From: Laetmonice hystrix
Taxonomy: Eukaryota
DNA length: 64,000 bases
Direction: 5' to 3'
Assembly (NCBI GenBank): GCA_965235115.1
Contig: OZ249439.1
Location: forward strand, 11,222,001 to 11,286,000
Part shown: positions 1-14,200 of the stretch, in pieces
Position numbering within the stretch: the first letter of the stretch is position 1
How the letters are laid out: each line of letters starts with the position of its first letter
Notes under the pieces: model-generated
The model's input: only the letters and a program-made list of their open reading frames with translations
Told to the model about the DNA's origin: nothing
Database searches by the model: none
Made by a program: the position numbers and the translations under genes

Positions 1-190
1 GGTGAGGGTTAACGGGGAAAACAACCCCCTCCGATAGGTGAGGGTTAACGGGATAAACAACCCCCTCCGATAGGTGAGGGTTAACGGGGAAAACAATCCA
101 TCCGATAACCCCTTCAAACAGGTGAGGGTTAATGGGACAAACACTCACTTCCGACAGGTGAGGGTTAACACGCAGAACATCCCCTTCCAT
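1..190. repeat. Degenerating ~36-bp tandem repeat (GGTGAGGGTTAACGGGGAAAACAACCCCCTCCGATA)
   Basis: About 5 copies with progressive decay; truncated by the window start. Confidence 0.8.
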
Positions 191-1063
191 GTGCCGAGGG
201 TTCCAGGCCTTACCCTACCCCCGCCGAGAACCCCTACAGAAAGCCATAACAAGGCCATAAAAATGGCCGGCCACCTTGAATGACTTAATTTATGCTCCAG
301 GCAGGTTGTTGGAATCAAGCCTGAATCAACTGGTCCCGATGAAGCTCAGGCTATCCTGGTTACGTCATCAGATAGAGATAGCACCCCGCCCTGAGGGTGG
401 TCATTCGGTTGAACTTTCCTGATGTCCACTTCACATAGTGAGTGGGCGGTATAAAGTGAGACTGACCACCGCCCGTGACCCCAGGGGGAGCGACGCCCAC
501 CTCTTGACCTCTGTCCATTGTGTGGGGAACGCCACGCGGGGAAATGTTTGCGGGGTGTCAATCATTACCCCACAATGAGGGGGTACCCACCATGTCGGTG
601 ATTCCATTGTCCGTGCCCGGCGCCCTCGTCTCCGGGTGGGTCGGGCCGGCCGGTATCCCCGTCGCGATCGGCGGCCGGCAGCCGGCCTGGAGGTGAGGGT
701 TGTGGGCGCGGGAGGCGGAGAAGGATGAGAGACTCGGACTGAGAATGTTATCTGGAATCAGTGATCGATTCAACCGTCTGGGAACAGGTTGGGTCAGTGT
801 TGAATGTTAGTCATACCTGTAAGAACCGCAGGTAGACAGGTGAGTAATTAGGAATAAAAACCGGGCAAGGTGTGCGACTTGACATCGGAATGGGATAATT
901 GAGATGTATCGGAGGAAACGCAAGGCTGTAACCAAATGGTATATAGTAGGCCTACTTGTAGTACGTGTCACATCACCCACTTCGTCCAGTTTAATATAAT
1001 AGACCGATTTTATTTGCTACTGGTTATATTTCAGCTGGGTCTCAGTCACATAAGTGATCCGAG

Positions 1064-2036
1064 CTTGTCCATGCTGACTGGCCTGGTGATCCTTGTCCAT
1101 GCTGACTGGCCTGGTGATCCTTGTCCATGCTGACTGCCCTTGTGATCCTTGCCCAGGATGACTGGCCTGGTGATCCTTGCCCATGCTGACTGCCCTTGTG
1201 ATCTTTACCCATGATGACTGGCCTGGTGATCCTTGTCCATGATGACTGGCCTGGTGATCCTTGTCCATGCTGACTGGCCTGGTGATCCTTGTCCATGCTG
1301 ACTGGCCTGGTGATCCTTGCCCATGCTGACTGCCCTTGTGATCTTTGCCCATGATGACTGGCCTGGTGATCCTTGTCCATGATGACTGGCCTGGTGATCC
1401 TTGTCCATGCTGACTGGCCTGGTGATCCTTGTCCATGCTGACTGGCCTGGTGATCCTTGTCCATGATGACTGGCCTGGTGATCCTTGTCCATGATGACTG
1501 GCCTTGTGATCCTTGTCCATGCTGACTGGCCTGGTGATCCTTGTCCATGCTGACTGCCCTTGTGATCCTTGCCCATGCTGACTGCCCTTGTGATCTTTGC
1601 CCATGATGACTGGCCTGGTGATCCTTGTCCATGATGACTGGCCTGGTGATCCTTGTCCATGCTGACTGGCCTGGTGATCCTTGTCCATGATGACTGGCCT
1701 GGTGATCCTTGTCCATGCTGACTGGCCTGGTGATCCTTGTCCATGATGACTGGCCTTGTGATCCTTGTCCATGCTGACTGGCCTGGTGATCCTTGTCCAT
1801 GCTGACCGGCCTGGTGATCCTTGTCCATGCTGACTGGCCTGGTGATCCTTGTCCATGCTGACTGGCCTGGTGATCCTTGTCCATGATGACTGGCCTTGTG
1901 ATCCTTGTCCATGATGACTGACCTGGTGATCCTTGTCCATGATGACTGGCCTGGTGATCCTTGTCCATGATGACTGGCCTTGTGATCCTTGTCCATGATG
2001 ACTGGCCTGGTGATCCTTGTCCATGATGACTGGCCT
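1064..2036. repeat. 28-bp minisatellite (CTGACTGGCCTGGTGATCCTTGTCCATG), ~35 copies
   Basis: Direct tandem repeat; explains the three long antisense ORFs at 1017-2152. Confidence 0.95.
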
Positions 2037-2263
2037 GAACGAGGTGAGCTGATCAGCTCAGCGGTAGCCTGTCCCTTTCTCAGTCTTCTGTACACGTGCT
2101 GTATCTGTACTTTTCTACATTGTACTTGTAATGTATCCATATTATTGTACATAATATATTAACAGACTCTAACTAGGGCACCACTCTCTGCGCCAGTACC
2201 TCACAGATAGTACCTGTTACATTTCTCACTGACACTTATCTTATTATTTCATTTTATTTACAG

Positions 2264-5200
2264 GGTTAAAACTTCTAGAAGTACTGAATCAGCTGAGGTA
2301 AGTCTCGATTTTCTTTGTGTTTCTATTATGTAGCAGTAGCAATGTTCGTCATGTAGCCCTCACTATAATCTTCTCACACTTACAGTATATGTAATTACAT
2401 ATTGTCTGTCTGATGTATGAACTTGGAGAAGTTCCAGGCAGAGCTAATGTCCATCACTTTTTATGTGTAGAAACTTTAAAGGAATTCGATCATCTTTTGG
2501 AAGAGAGGCTCCCGAACTGGATCCGTGGTAACAATGTTAGTGTAGTCGCTTCACGCCAGGTGTCGCCAGCAGAGGACCCATGTAGCTCTAAAGCCGATCG
2601 CACACTGGAAGACGGGACGCTAAAAGACGGGACAAGACAGTCCTGTCCTGGCAGTGTGCGTGGCCACAGGACGGTCTTTCACCCGTCTTCAGGACCGTCT
2701 TGAAGAATTCGAATGTTGAATTGGTGAGACGGGACGGGACGGGACGTGGACGCTGTGTGCGTGCATCACAGACGGGATGCGACCAGTCTCGGACATGTGT
2801 GCGGGGGCCGAGGACAGAACAGGACGACCTGAAGGAGGAGCAGCCAATCAGCTTGCACTTATTGACTCTGTCATGTGACAGGAAGGCTACCGGGTTGATT
2901 ACCAAGATGGTAGTGTGCGTGGCCACAGGACGGTCTTTCACCCGTCTTCAGGACTGTCTTCCTCCCGTCCCGTGTACTGGTGTGCGATACCCCCTGATCT
3001 GCACTAAAGTTCTAGGACGCGACAAGACCGTCCCGTCTCATCCCGTCCTGTCGCGTCTTCCAGTGTGCGGTCGGCTTTAGTCGACGGGTCACCGTGTTAT
3101 AGGCTACATTTACCTCCGACCCAATCATGTCATACGCATGAAACAGGTTCTTTCACAGCGATTGTCGTCTTTTTAGCCATTATCAGAAAGTGCCCCGTGG
3201 GTGTAAGAAAAGCCGTGTACTTTGGCCAGATAAAGTGAAGGAAGACGATACACGTATGCTAAATAAGCTTTACTCAGTAGGGGGAGACTGCCTCAGGCCC
3301 AATTAGTCGCCTCACTGACGTGGTGCACTTTAGGGTAGCAGACTGACGCTGATCAGAGCGACATCTCACGGTCCAGTTGTCATAACCTGTCACACAGTCC
3401 ACCTAAAATATCCCTGTCGTATCCCATAAACGTATTGTAGGGGTCACAATGATCTGGGCTAGCCTTCGCCTGATTCGGTGGTGACGACATGGCCAGACCT
3501 TCAACAGACCCACTTTCGGTCCACGATTAGAAGCGGATATGGGGGGGGGGGGGGGGGGCACGTACCCCCTAGACCACTCACAAAATACGTGTAACAAAGG
3601 TAAAGTGACTGCCCTCCCTGTCCCTTTGTCTTATATGCATGGGAACCGGTGTACATGTATATAGACTACATACTCCTGCTGGATCCGACCCTGATACACC
3701 GGCCCTGTATAATACTATAGCTCTGTACGGGTAGGGTGGACATACACACGAGAACCCATGAACCGGTGTACATGTATATAGACTACATACTCCTGCTGGA
3801 TCCGACCCTCATACACCGGCCCTGTATAATACTATAGCTCTGTACGGGTAGGGTGGACATACACACGAGAACCCATGAACCGGTGTACATATAGACTACA
3901 TACTCCTGCTGGATCCGACCCTGATACACCGGCCCTGTATAATACTATAGCTCGCACGGGTAGGGTGGACATGCACACGAGAACCCATGAACCGGTGTAC
4001 ATATAGACTACATACTCCTGCGGTATCCGACCCTGATACACCGGCCCTGTATAATACTATAGCTCTGTATGGGTAGGGTGGACATACACACGAGAACCCA
4101 TGAACCGGTGTACATATAGACTACATACTCCCGCGGGATCCGACCCTGATACACCGGCCCTGTATAATACTATAGCTCTGTACGGGTAGGGTGGACATAC
4201 ACACGAGAACCCATGAACCGGTGTACATGTATATAGACTACATACTCCTGCTGGATCCGACCCTGATACACCGGCCCTGTATAATACTATAGCTCTGTAC
4301 GGGTAGGGTGGACATACACACGAGAACCCATGAACCGGTGTACATATACTACATACTCCTGCTGGATCCGACCCTGATACACCGGCCCTGTATAATACTA
4401 TAGCTCTGTACGGGTAGGGTGGACATACACACGAGAACCCATGAACCGGTGTACATGTAGACTACATACTCCTGCGGTATCCGACCCCGATACACCGGCC
4501 CTGTATAATACTATAGCTCTGTACGGGTAGGGTGGACATACACACGAGAACCCATGAACCGGTGTACATGTAGACTACATACTCCTGCGGTATCCGACCC
4601 CGATACACCGGCCCTGTATAATACTATAGCTCTGTACGGGTAGGGTGGACATACACACGAGAACCCATGAACCGGTGTACATGTATATAGACTACATACT
4701 CCTGCGGTATCCGACCCCGATACACCGGCCCTGTATAATACTATAGCTCTGTACGGGTAGGGTGGACATACACACGAGAACCCACACACGAGAACCCATG
4801 CTCGTAGGTCAGACTCAGGGGGTACAAGTAGCTGTATACCCCCTCACAATGAATACCTACCCCCCCCCTCACTCCACCAAACTAACTCGGTCAAACCTCA
4901 AAATGCGCGTAGACACGAGCGTTTTGGAAAGTCTACACGATCTATACGCGCGTAATTCATGGGTGATGTTGACTCGTCAAGTGGCCGACGGAATACTCAA
5001 TTGGCGCCGACAGAGCCCTAGTTGATCTTTATTCAACCCATGATTGCTGTCTCTGTTGATACTTAGTGTAGTTTGAAACTCCAAGCGGGTCAGTTATGTG
5101 TGCTGAATAGTGGATATGGGGACATGAGACGGTGTGGTGGCCGGGGTTTGGGTGAGGGCCTCATGGTCTCTATGGGTGCGATGATTGGTTTAGGGATTGG

Positions 5201-8200
5201 TTTGGGTGTGGATTGGTTTGGGTGTGGATTGGTTTGGGTGTGGATTGGTTTGGGTGTGGATTGGTTTGGGTGTGGATTGGGTTGGGTGGGGATTGGTTTG
5301 GGTGGGGATTGGGTTGGGTGGGGATTGGTTTGGGTGTGGATTGGGTTGTGTGTGGATTGGTTTGGGTGTGGATTGGTTTGGGTGGGGATTGGTTTGGGTG
5401 TGGATTGGGTTTGGGTGGGGATTGGGTTTGGGTGGGGATTGGGTTGGGTGGGGATTGGTTTGGGTGAGGATTGGTTTGGGTGGGGATTGGTTTGGGTGTG
5501 GATTGGGTTTGGGTGTGGATTGGTTTGGGTGGGGATTGGTTTGGGTGGGGATTGGTTTGGGTGGGGATTGGTTTGGGTGTGGATTGGGTTGGGTGGGGAT
5601 TGGTTTGGGTGTGGATTGGTTTGGGTGTGGATTGGTTTGGGTGGGGATTGGTTTGGGTGGGGATTGGTTTGGGTGGGGATTGGTTTGGGTGGGGATTGGT
5701 TTGGGTGAGGATTGGGTTGGGGTTGGGGGTTGTAGGGAGATGTATTCGAGGAACAACTTGCTGATTTTCATGTCTGAGATCCGCCATTCCAGACCAGAGG
5801 TACAAAATCAGTGGGCCTCTGCCTGCGTATGGCAGGAATATGATGAGAAAGAAGACATATCATGCCCTATACCGACAGCCTTGGGATGAAATAAATCAAG
5901 CCATGCAGATCCTGTGCATGGCCTTCGGTACAATGTGCATCATACGCGGTTTATGGTCTGATAACCTCAGATTCCCCGGACCTCCAGTCTGTCAGTCGCC
6001 ATGTCTTGTTATGACATAGGGGGCGCTGCGGACGTGAAGGATGGTATTTTGATGAGACCTCGGTCTGTTTCATCCTTAACCTCCGACAGAACGCTAGCCA
6101 AGTGAGCCAGTGTATCACACTGACCTGGGTTATAATGAACTAACCCTCTGTAAGAAACCACCCCACCGCCCTCCCCACCAAATCTGTGATAAATGAAAGG
6201 CTTTCAAGATGCCTCGCCGTTAAGAATATGTAAGTGGGGATATCTTACCAAACTTCCAAGGGGTTCTTATCTTTAAAAAAGGAAGAAGGCAGGTTTTAGC
6301 ACTGCAGGGGGAAATAAATCAGCATGTCTATAGGAGAGGTATTAAAAGGTGCGTAATTTCAATACCCGACTAAATATACGTGAAAGAATAAGTTGGCCAA
6401 CCCGCTGTGCGTACTCACCGGTTGTTGCCAAGGCGTTAGGTCATTGCCTGTTTTTAACAACGCTCTCTGTACCCGGGTGGAGTAATATTTTTAATCTAGA
6501 AACCCCGAGGTGGTTTGGCGCCAATATGTGAGAAACCGTGCCAGAGGTAATAACAACATGAGACGATTACAGTCGACGAAAAAAAACGGTATTTTTAAAA
6601 CGCCACAAGGACGAGTGACCTTTTGCAGATCATTACAACGAAGCCATACAGGTTGGGTTCACGCCACTTATTGTAGTGACAAGAAGTCAGAGCCTTGAGG
6701 TATTGTAGTAATTCAAGGGACTTTGTACTGCTATAGGTGTTCAGCCGTTTGGTACCAACTCCTCCCCCTGCATACTTTAATTTCCAACTCCCCCTCCATC
6801 CAAGTTTAGGCGCTGGTATAAAATAGATCCTCTTTACCCCAGGCATGATCTACACGGTGGTATCATAGAGACAGGCCACCCCCACGCCGCCCTGTAAGCA
6901 AGCCTCCAGGCATGATCCACACGGTGGTATCATAGAGACAGGCCACCCCACCCCGCCCTGTAAGCAAGCCCCCAGGCATGATTCACACGGTGGTATCATA
7001 GTGACAGGCCACCCCACCCCCGCCCTGTAAGCAAGCTTCCAGGCATGATCCACACAGTGGTATCATAGAGACAGGCCACCCCACCCCCGCCCTGTAAGCA
7101 AGCCCCCAGGCATGATCCACACGGTGGTATCATAGTGACAGGCCACCCCACCCCACCCCGCCCTGTAAGCAAGCCCCCAGGCATGATCCACACGGTGGTA
7201 TCATAGTGACAGGCCACCCCACCCCCGCCCTGTAAGCAAGCCCCCAGGCATGGTCCACACAGTGGTATCATAGAGACAGGCCACCCCACCCCCGCCCTGT
7301 AAGCAAGCCCCCAGGCATGATCCACACAGTGGTATCATAGAGACAGGCCACCCCCACCCCGCCCTGTAAGCAAGCCCCCAGGCATGATCCACACAGTGGT
7401 ATCATAGAGACAGGCCACCCAACCCCCGCCCTGTAAGCAAGCCTCCAGGCATGGTCCACACAGTGGTATCATAGAGACAGGCCACCCCACCCCACCCCGC
7501 CCTGTAAGCAAGCCTCCAGGCATGATCCACACGGTGGTATCATAGAGACAGGCCACCCCACCCCCGCCCTGTAAGCAAGCCTCCAGGCATGGTCCACACA
7601 GTGGTATCATAGAGACAGGCCACCCCCACCCCCGCCCTGTAAGCAAGCCTCCAGGCATGATCCACACGGTGGTATCATAGAGACAGGCCACCCCACCCCC
7701 GCCCTGTAAGCAAGCCCCCAGGCATGATCCACACGTTGGTATCATAGAGACAGGCCATCCCACCCCGCCCTGTAAGCAAGCCCCCAGGCATGGTCCACAT
7801 AGTGGTATCATAGAGACAGGCCATCCCCACCCCGCCCTGTAAGCAAGCCCCCAGGCATGATCCACACGGTGGTATCATAGAGACAGGCCACCCCCACGCC
7901 GCCCTGTAAGCAAGCCCCCAGGCATGATCCCTGTCTGTTTCACCTTGAGGTGATCCGGCAGAGGTCATCACCGTTAAGATCTCGCGGTATTCAGCTCAGG
8001 AACGTCGTTCATTCGCTGCGGGGAATGGAATTATGGTCCGTCCAGTCACGGAACAATACGCCATAAAAAGGGTGAAAAAAGGACTGACACAACTCCACTG
8101 ATTTGTTGCAAATGTCAGACGTGAACGAATGGCACTTCGCAGTCGCCACGAGCAGCAAGAATAACTTGGGGAACTATTTCAGCGTGTGGTCGTCATGTTT

Positions 8201-11200
8201 ACCAAGTTCAGCACATGGTCGGAGATGCCCAAGTTCATAGACAATATGCTCCCTATAGTATGATTAGATTAACAGACTCGGCTGTGGCTGAGTCCTGGTC
8301 AATTTCTCGATGATGTTCAGGAGACTTGCCATGTGCGGAGGTCCGTAACCCCCTCTCAAGTCCCAACCTCACTTTACAAAATCAGGGGCTCGATCATCTG
8401 CCCCCATACACCCCATACATCCTACTGTTGGGTTTCTTCAAATAAAACGCGATCCATTTATAGCTCCCTGATCCCTATTCTCGTTTTAATCATTCCACTC
8501 ATGGCCAGGAAGCACTAGTTGACCTTGCTGGTGACATCTGAGGCAGCAGCGGCTAGTCGGAGTGATGTTGACATCCACTATGTCTGTACAAACAGCATGT
8601 GCACGGCGTGTTGACAACCGACTGGTAATGGTCAGTGACCACCAGGGGGGGCCTCGGACGGAGGCTGCTGGGATCGAGCCAGGGAACACCAAGGTCTTGT
8701 CCTACCATTTTATTGTGTGGTAGTCATGTGTACTTACCTCAGCAATAATATTTTCGGAGTTCTCCGAGTTCATTTAGTATAATGGCCTACTAATTAGGTG
8801 TCTTCAATGGATCATCGATTTATCGCCTACTCGAGCCTGAAGTCGATTAGATTAATAGATTGTACTCGGTTCTGTCCTGAATTCGATTAGATTAATAGGT
8901 TGTCCTCGTTCTGTGTGACCCCCTGAATAGATATGTATTCTGGTGTAGTTTGTGGCGAGTATAGCAACCTCTCCGCGTTGTTTTTGTCCCCCTGGTGGTC
9001 AATGGTCTGGTTTCAAACCGTGGGAGTCAGCTGTTTGAACGAATCCAATACCTTGGACTCACAAACGACCAACATTTCCAGGAATACTTCAAGAACATCA
9101 AGCACTCAGCGATCCCCTTCCAATACTGGACGAACCGAATTGTATGCCCGACTCGGGTCAGCACTTTTTCTTCCTTTAATGCCACTTGTCTTTCCAAGAG
9201 AAGTTTCCCCCAAAGGATGCGGTATACCACAAGGGATGTGAATCTCGATTTTTCAGACTCTGACTTCTAAATGCTAACCACGGCTGAAGTTAGAACCCCG
9301 AAGTACTCTGGAAGTACACTGAAATTATGATAAAATAACAGCACAACAACAAAAATGGCAATAAAAAAGTCGCCTGTTTGTATGATCATAAACCGGTTCT
9401 TAGAAATTGTAATGATAGATTAAACTGTCATGGATGCGTGGGGCGGGAGTTCTTTACGTGGGACAGTTTTGGCAGTGACACAAGGCCCTCGGACATAAAC
9501 TCCTGGTGGTCGGCCAGGGCTGAGCGTGACCCGTCCCCGATTGATGCTGAACTTGGCTGATGGAGCACACTCATTTTGTACCTGCTGGTGATTCTGGATC
9601 TATGCCCTTTGCTTAAGCCGTAAGACATGCTGTTTGAAGTGTGTTTGTAGTGGCAGACGGCCTCTGTCATTAGGAAACTACCTCAGGGTGTTTAGGATAA
9701 ATGAGGATGCGCACAAAGCTCCTCTGTTGACTCAAGTCGCCCGTGTCCTGTGTAAATATCCTACAAATTTTTAATACCAGTATATTTTCTCCTCCATATA
9801 AAGACGTCCGCCACGTGCTCTCACGGTGACCTTGAACTTTGTTATTTGACCTCAGGAGGCTAGAGGAGGATGACCCTGACCTTGCCGTCCAGCTGAACGT
9901 CTTTGACCAGGAGAAGTCGAACGATGACGAGCAGCTGCCCGCTCACGCCGGCCTTGACCTTAACTCGCCGCTCGACGTCTTCCATGCCGTCTACAAACGG
10001 GTAAGAGACCGACTGACGCTTCTTGAATAAAACACTCATCGCTAGCTCCGATAAAAAACATACCACTGTGCCTCTCACAAAGTGGTACTGTTGGGATTAG
10101 TTTCTATACGCCGCTGGGTCGCAAACTTCTAATATGTCGCCCCTATGGTCCGGTTTGCTAATATGTCGCCCCTATGGTCCGGTTTTCTAATATGTCGCCC
10201 CTATGGTCCGGTTTTGCTCAAACGTCCGTGCTTTGTGTTAATTAATGTGTGTCGGGTGGGAGATTTATTTTAATTAATTATAGTTGTTTTTCATGAACTT
10301 TGAATTGATTTTCACAATTTTTCTCATGGCCTTAAATCTACCATGGCATCAAGGTCCAATCCCCGGGCCGTTTTGTGCGTGGGCCTAGGTAACTGGTGCA
10401 CTTACCGCATGCCAGTAGTTGGTCCCGCTTCATAAGTTACGTCAATGTTTTATGTCATGTATAGTGTATCATTAAAAAATGATAAAAAAAAGAAATGAGA
10501 AGAATACACCTGTCCTGGGGGTGCCTATAGCTGTCTGTTGTTCACACCTCGTATGAACGTTATGTTTCGTATGTCGTATTACGACGTACGACTTGGCTCG
10601 AGATGTCATTTAGTACATGCGTTAGTCATCATTATAACCTTGTGAACTCCGATCTTTTCAGTCCTCACTGTTACCTCATTTCAAACAACAAATTGCATGA
10701 ATGAAGTATAAGTTTAAAAATAACTCAGACGTCATCCGACTGTTTGGCTGATCCGTGGATTATAAATCAATCAGTAGGTTTGTATGGAACCGTGTGACGT
10801 ACAGTAACCCTTCAAATATTAGCACATCCGGTTTCTCTGAATGCCGGTGTACGCACCTATAGCCCGAGCTTTACCTGCTTCCATTCATTCGGTCGATATA
10901 TTCTTTGAAATCAAACTCAGTGAGTAGAAGTCCGACTTAACATACATACACAAACGTACTGAGGACATTTTGACCCAGCGGCCGGGCTGAGTGAATCTGA
11001 TAAGATTAGATAGTGTTGGTGGAAGTGTTTTGGGGTTCCAACTTTTCATTCCGGCTGTGAACGGCCTGGGCCGACATAAACTCATCGTTATCTTTCTATT
11101 TGTCCTCTTGTGGCAAGGTGTGGGTGGGAAGGAATGCCAGGGCGGCCCCCTCCTCCCGTTTGTAGTCAGTGAGAGGGCGGGGGTGATTGTGAGCACTGCC

Positions 11201-14200
11201 GCCTGGTGGTGAGGAAACCAATTAAAGGTGACCACATTCCCTTCGCCTATCGCGCACATTCACCAAATATGAGCCCAGACTAATATTATAAGGTCACTCC
11301 GCTGGACATGACTGCGCCCCGGATCGAAATACATGTCGGAGCACTCGTGCAAATATTTATGACACATTTTTGTGTTTTGGCCATTTGCGGTGTACGTGCG
11401 TCGGCGGGCTCCAACTCGCCGTGCTATTGTTAATGGTTGACCCTGATCGGGGTGGCGGGCCAGCACAACGCTCTCCTTAAACACGTCTCTACTGAGAGGA
11501 TTCTTGGCCGATCTTCTGGCGGCAAATACTTCAACACCTACTGAAGGGGGCCATGCTATTTTTATGTCACCCCATTATATGTCCACCCACGAGACAGGTA
11601 AACAGACAGGCAGGAATATCGGGCAACCTCTGTATATCGGTTTATTAGTACCAAAGGATGCCGTTTGTATGGGAGGCTAAATATAGGAGCAGATGATTGG
11701 CTGACAGAGAGACGGTGAGGGATCTGTGACAGCGGGACCTTGACTTCCTCCCACACTCCGACCTGTCTTGTTTGATGTCCACAGCTGACAGCAAGGATTA
11801 CATATATGTATACGGTCATTCGATAACCAGATGGTTGACACTCACCCCTTAACGGTTCCCACTGGTTGACACTCACCCCTTAACGGTCCCCACTGAGTAA
11901 AACGTACTTTCTCCTACAAACTCTTGAAGGCACCTTTTCAACGTGAACGTGCGGATTTACATTGTTGATGGCATTCATGCAATTACCGGTAGATGTCGTG
12001 TGAGTCATTTGTGCGACCTTTGATTTTGGGAGCTAGTTAATTACCTGTGGTGTAAGGCGGGGGGGGTATGTAAAAGAACCATGTCTTTTTACTAAATCAC
12101 AATCAGTATGGAATGTATAGACGCCGTTCTCGTTCACAATATGACGCTGGACCTATCCTTCGGTATGTTGGTGGCTGCGAGTATGTATGAGACTGTCAGA
12201 CTGCGGTTGGATACCTCCAACCTTACCGTGTCCAACACACACCGCGAGCTTCCCGGAACCAGCCTCCACATTCCGCACCACGCATGCGCAACAACAACCC
12301 TGCAAGATTATCGGCGTATAACAAAAACAGTGGACAAAACAAACCATCTGACTTTCTTTACAAATTAGAACACCATTTGGTCAAAGTTCCGCGCTGACTA
12401 ATGCGATTGCTCGTGTGTTTTTTGGTGCACCTCGATTCGCTGTGACATGAAATCGATGAAAACTTTGACATCCTTGCTAACCCCTCTCAGTTTTTGCACA
12501 TCTTGCGCTATACTTTTCTTGTAATGCACTTAGATGTGCCTTGTGACCTCACCGCTAAAAAATGCCCCTCATGGTGAATAAAACCGAAAAACTAGTAAAG
12601 GCGACGAGAGTCGTCAATATGGCCAACACATTCACACAAAAACTACACTGACAGGTGGCTTATGGCAAGAGCTTCTATGTACTTTTTTCGTTTGAATTAT
12701 TATGTCTTACAGGAAATTATGCAAGCTGCCTTCACAACTAGGTTAGCCCTGTTTGGTTTCTTTTCCTTCAGTTACGCAAGGCAGACTGACATTCTAGGCT
12801 ATTAGGTACGAACTGAAAACAGTCATCACAGTCTTCTACATTCACACAACGCACCCCTGACGACCCAAACAGGGTGCGCATGCACACACGCACGCACGCG
12901 AGTTCTCGTCGTAAACGTGACTTGGCGAGGCGTAGCTAAATGCGTCGGTCCCGTTGACGATAATCTCCCAGCCACACGCTATCTCCAGGGACGGGATGGC
13001 AGCACGGGCCCCTTCTGACTATTATTACAACATCTATTTAAAGAAAACAATGAGGCATTAAAAAATTCGTGGCGCCAGAGTAGATTCTATATGGGGCAGA
13101 TTGGCTGAGTCACCGTCGCCGACTCTAGCGGGTTGTGGGTAATTGTTACATGATGAGATTTACAGGTAACACTAGTGACAGGAGATTGAGGCCACCCCAA
13201 ACCACACCATGAAGATAAGAACCCGTTGTGAACGTCTGTAGTGTCCCCGCGATGTTGATAACTTTATCTATTATGAGGAGGTACTTCTGACCATAACGGC
13301 GGGACTAGGCAATCCCTGTGTGTATTCATGTCTGACGTCGCACTCAGACCTGTCTAAGATCGGGGCCGGAAACTGAGCCGGAACTGCCGCTAGAGGCCGC
13401 TGGGGTGAATGATATCATACGAGCGTATCGTGGAGCGGCGGAGCAGGAGCAGCACAGACGATCCGGTTAGGTGAATGGGATGGGAGTGCCCAGACACACT
13501 TAGTACTTACTGCTTCATTATGATCAACACGGTTCTCACTCGTACTGCTGGATCCCAGCCTGTCAGGCCGGCTGTATAAGTCGACCTCAGTGATAAACGG
13601 TCCGTAATTAACAGTGACGTGATTAACGGGCGACCGTTGTGTTGTGTTTGGTGGCCGACATGGGCGTGGAACATACGAGCTGTGGTTCGCCATCCTGTGG
13701 GGAGAATGACGAGATGTTTGCGGTAATTTGTGACCCCGATGGTCAGATAAACCAGCCGGATTCCCATTGTTCTTGTCGAATCAGAAGTTGTTGTCCTGTT
13801 CAAACCCACCCACCACAGTGTGAACACAAATGTGACAATGGTTCCTTACCTGATTTAGGCGGCCAGTTCTGCCAGTATGACTTGAGAAAACGTCTGACGA
13901 AGTTGTCCGGTTTTGGTGATATTTTACAGGTGTCCGACACCCCGCAGGAGGTGCCCTTCCTGACGACACTCCAGCACCTCCTCCAGATCGAACCCACAGA
14001 TCCCATGTCAGATGTCATCTGGGATTCTATCGAGAAGTTAGTTTGTAGCGCCACTCTGCTGGAGAAAAAACAGGAGAGTGAGAAGTTACTTCTATCCGGA
14101 GCCAAGCGTGTGGAGAAGGCGGTGCAGCAGGCCACGGAGGATAGATGCCAGTGTTCCTGTCATAAAGGCGAGGACGGACGGCCAAGGAGACCGGACTCCA

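Noticed and set aside
1035-2046. Acceptor-like TTTCAG (1034) and donor-like GAG|GTGAGC (~2045) flanking the 28-bp array as a formin exon
   Set aside because: No similarity to the expected DID sequence, and the array would disrupt the frame.
1017-2152. Three ~310-335-aa minus-strand ORFs
   Set aside because: All three frames are open across a 28-bp minisatellite; there is no domain or splice support.
5073-5889. Gly/Trp-rich and Pro/Asn-rich ORFs in several frames on both strands
   Set aside because: Artefacts of the 16-bp G-rich repeat.
8000-9300. Possible retroelement remnant (ORFs 8933..9241 and 8995..9270)
   Set aside because: No recognisable RT, endonuclease or integrase motif by eye; would need a Dfam/HMM search.
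13639-13929. N-terminal 97 aa of ORF 13639..14760
   Set aside because: Intronic read-through upstream of the acceptor at 13929; homology continues from exon 9856-10000 directly into VSDTP.
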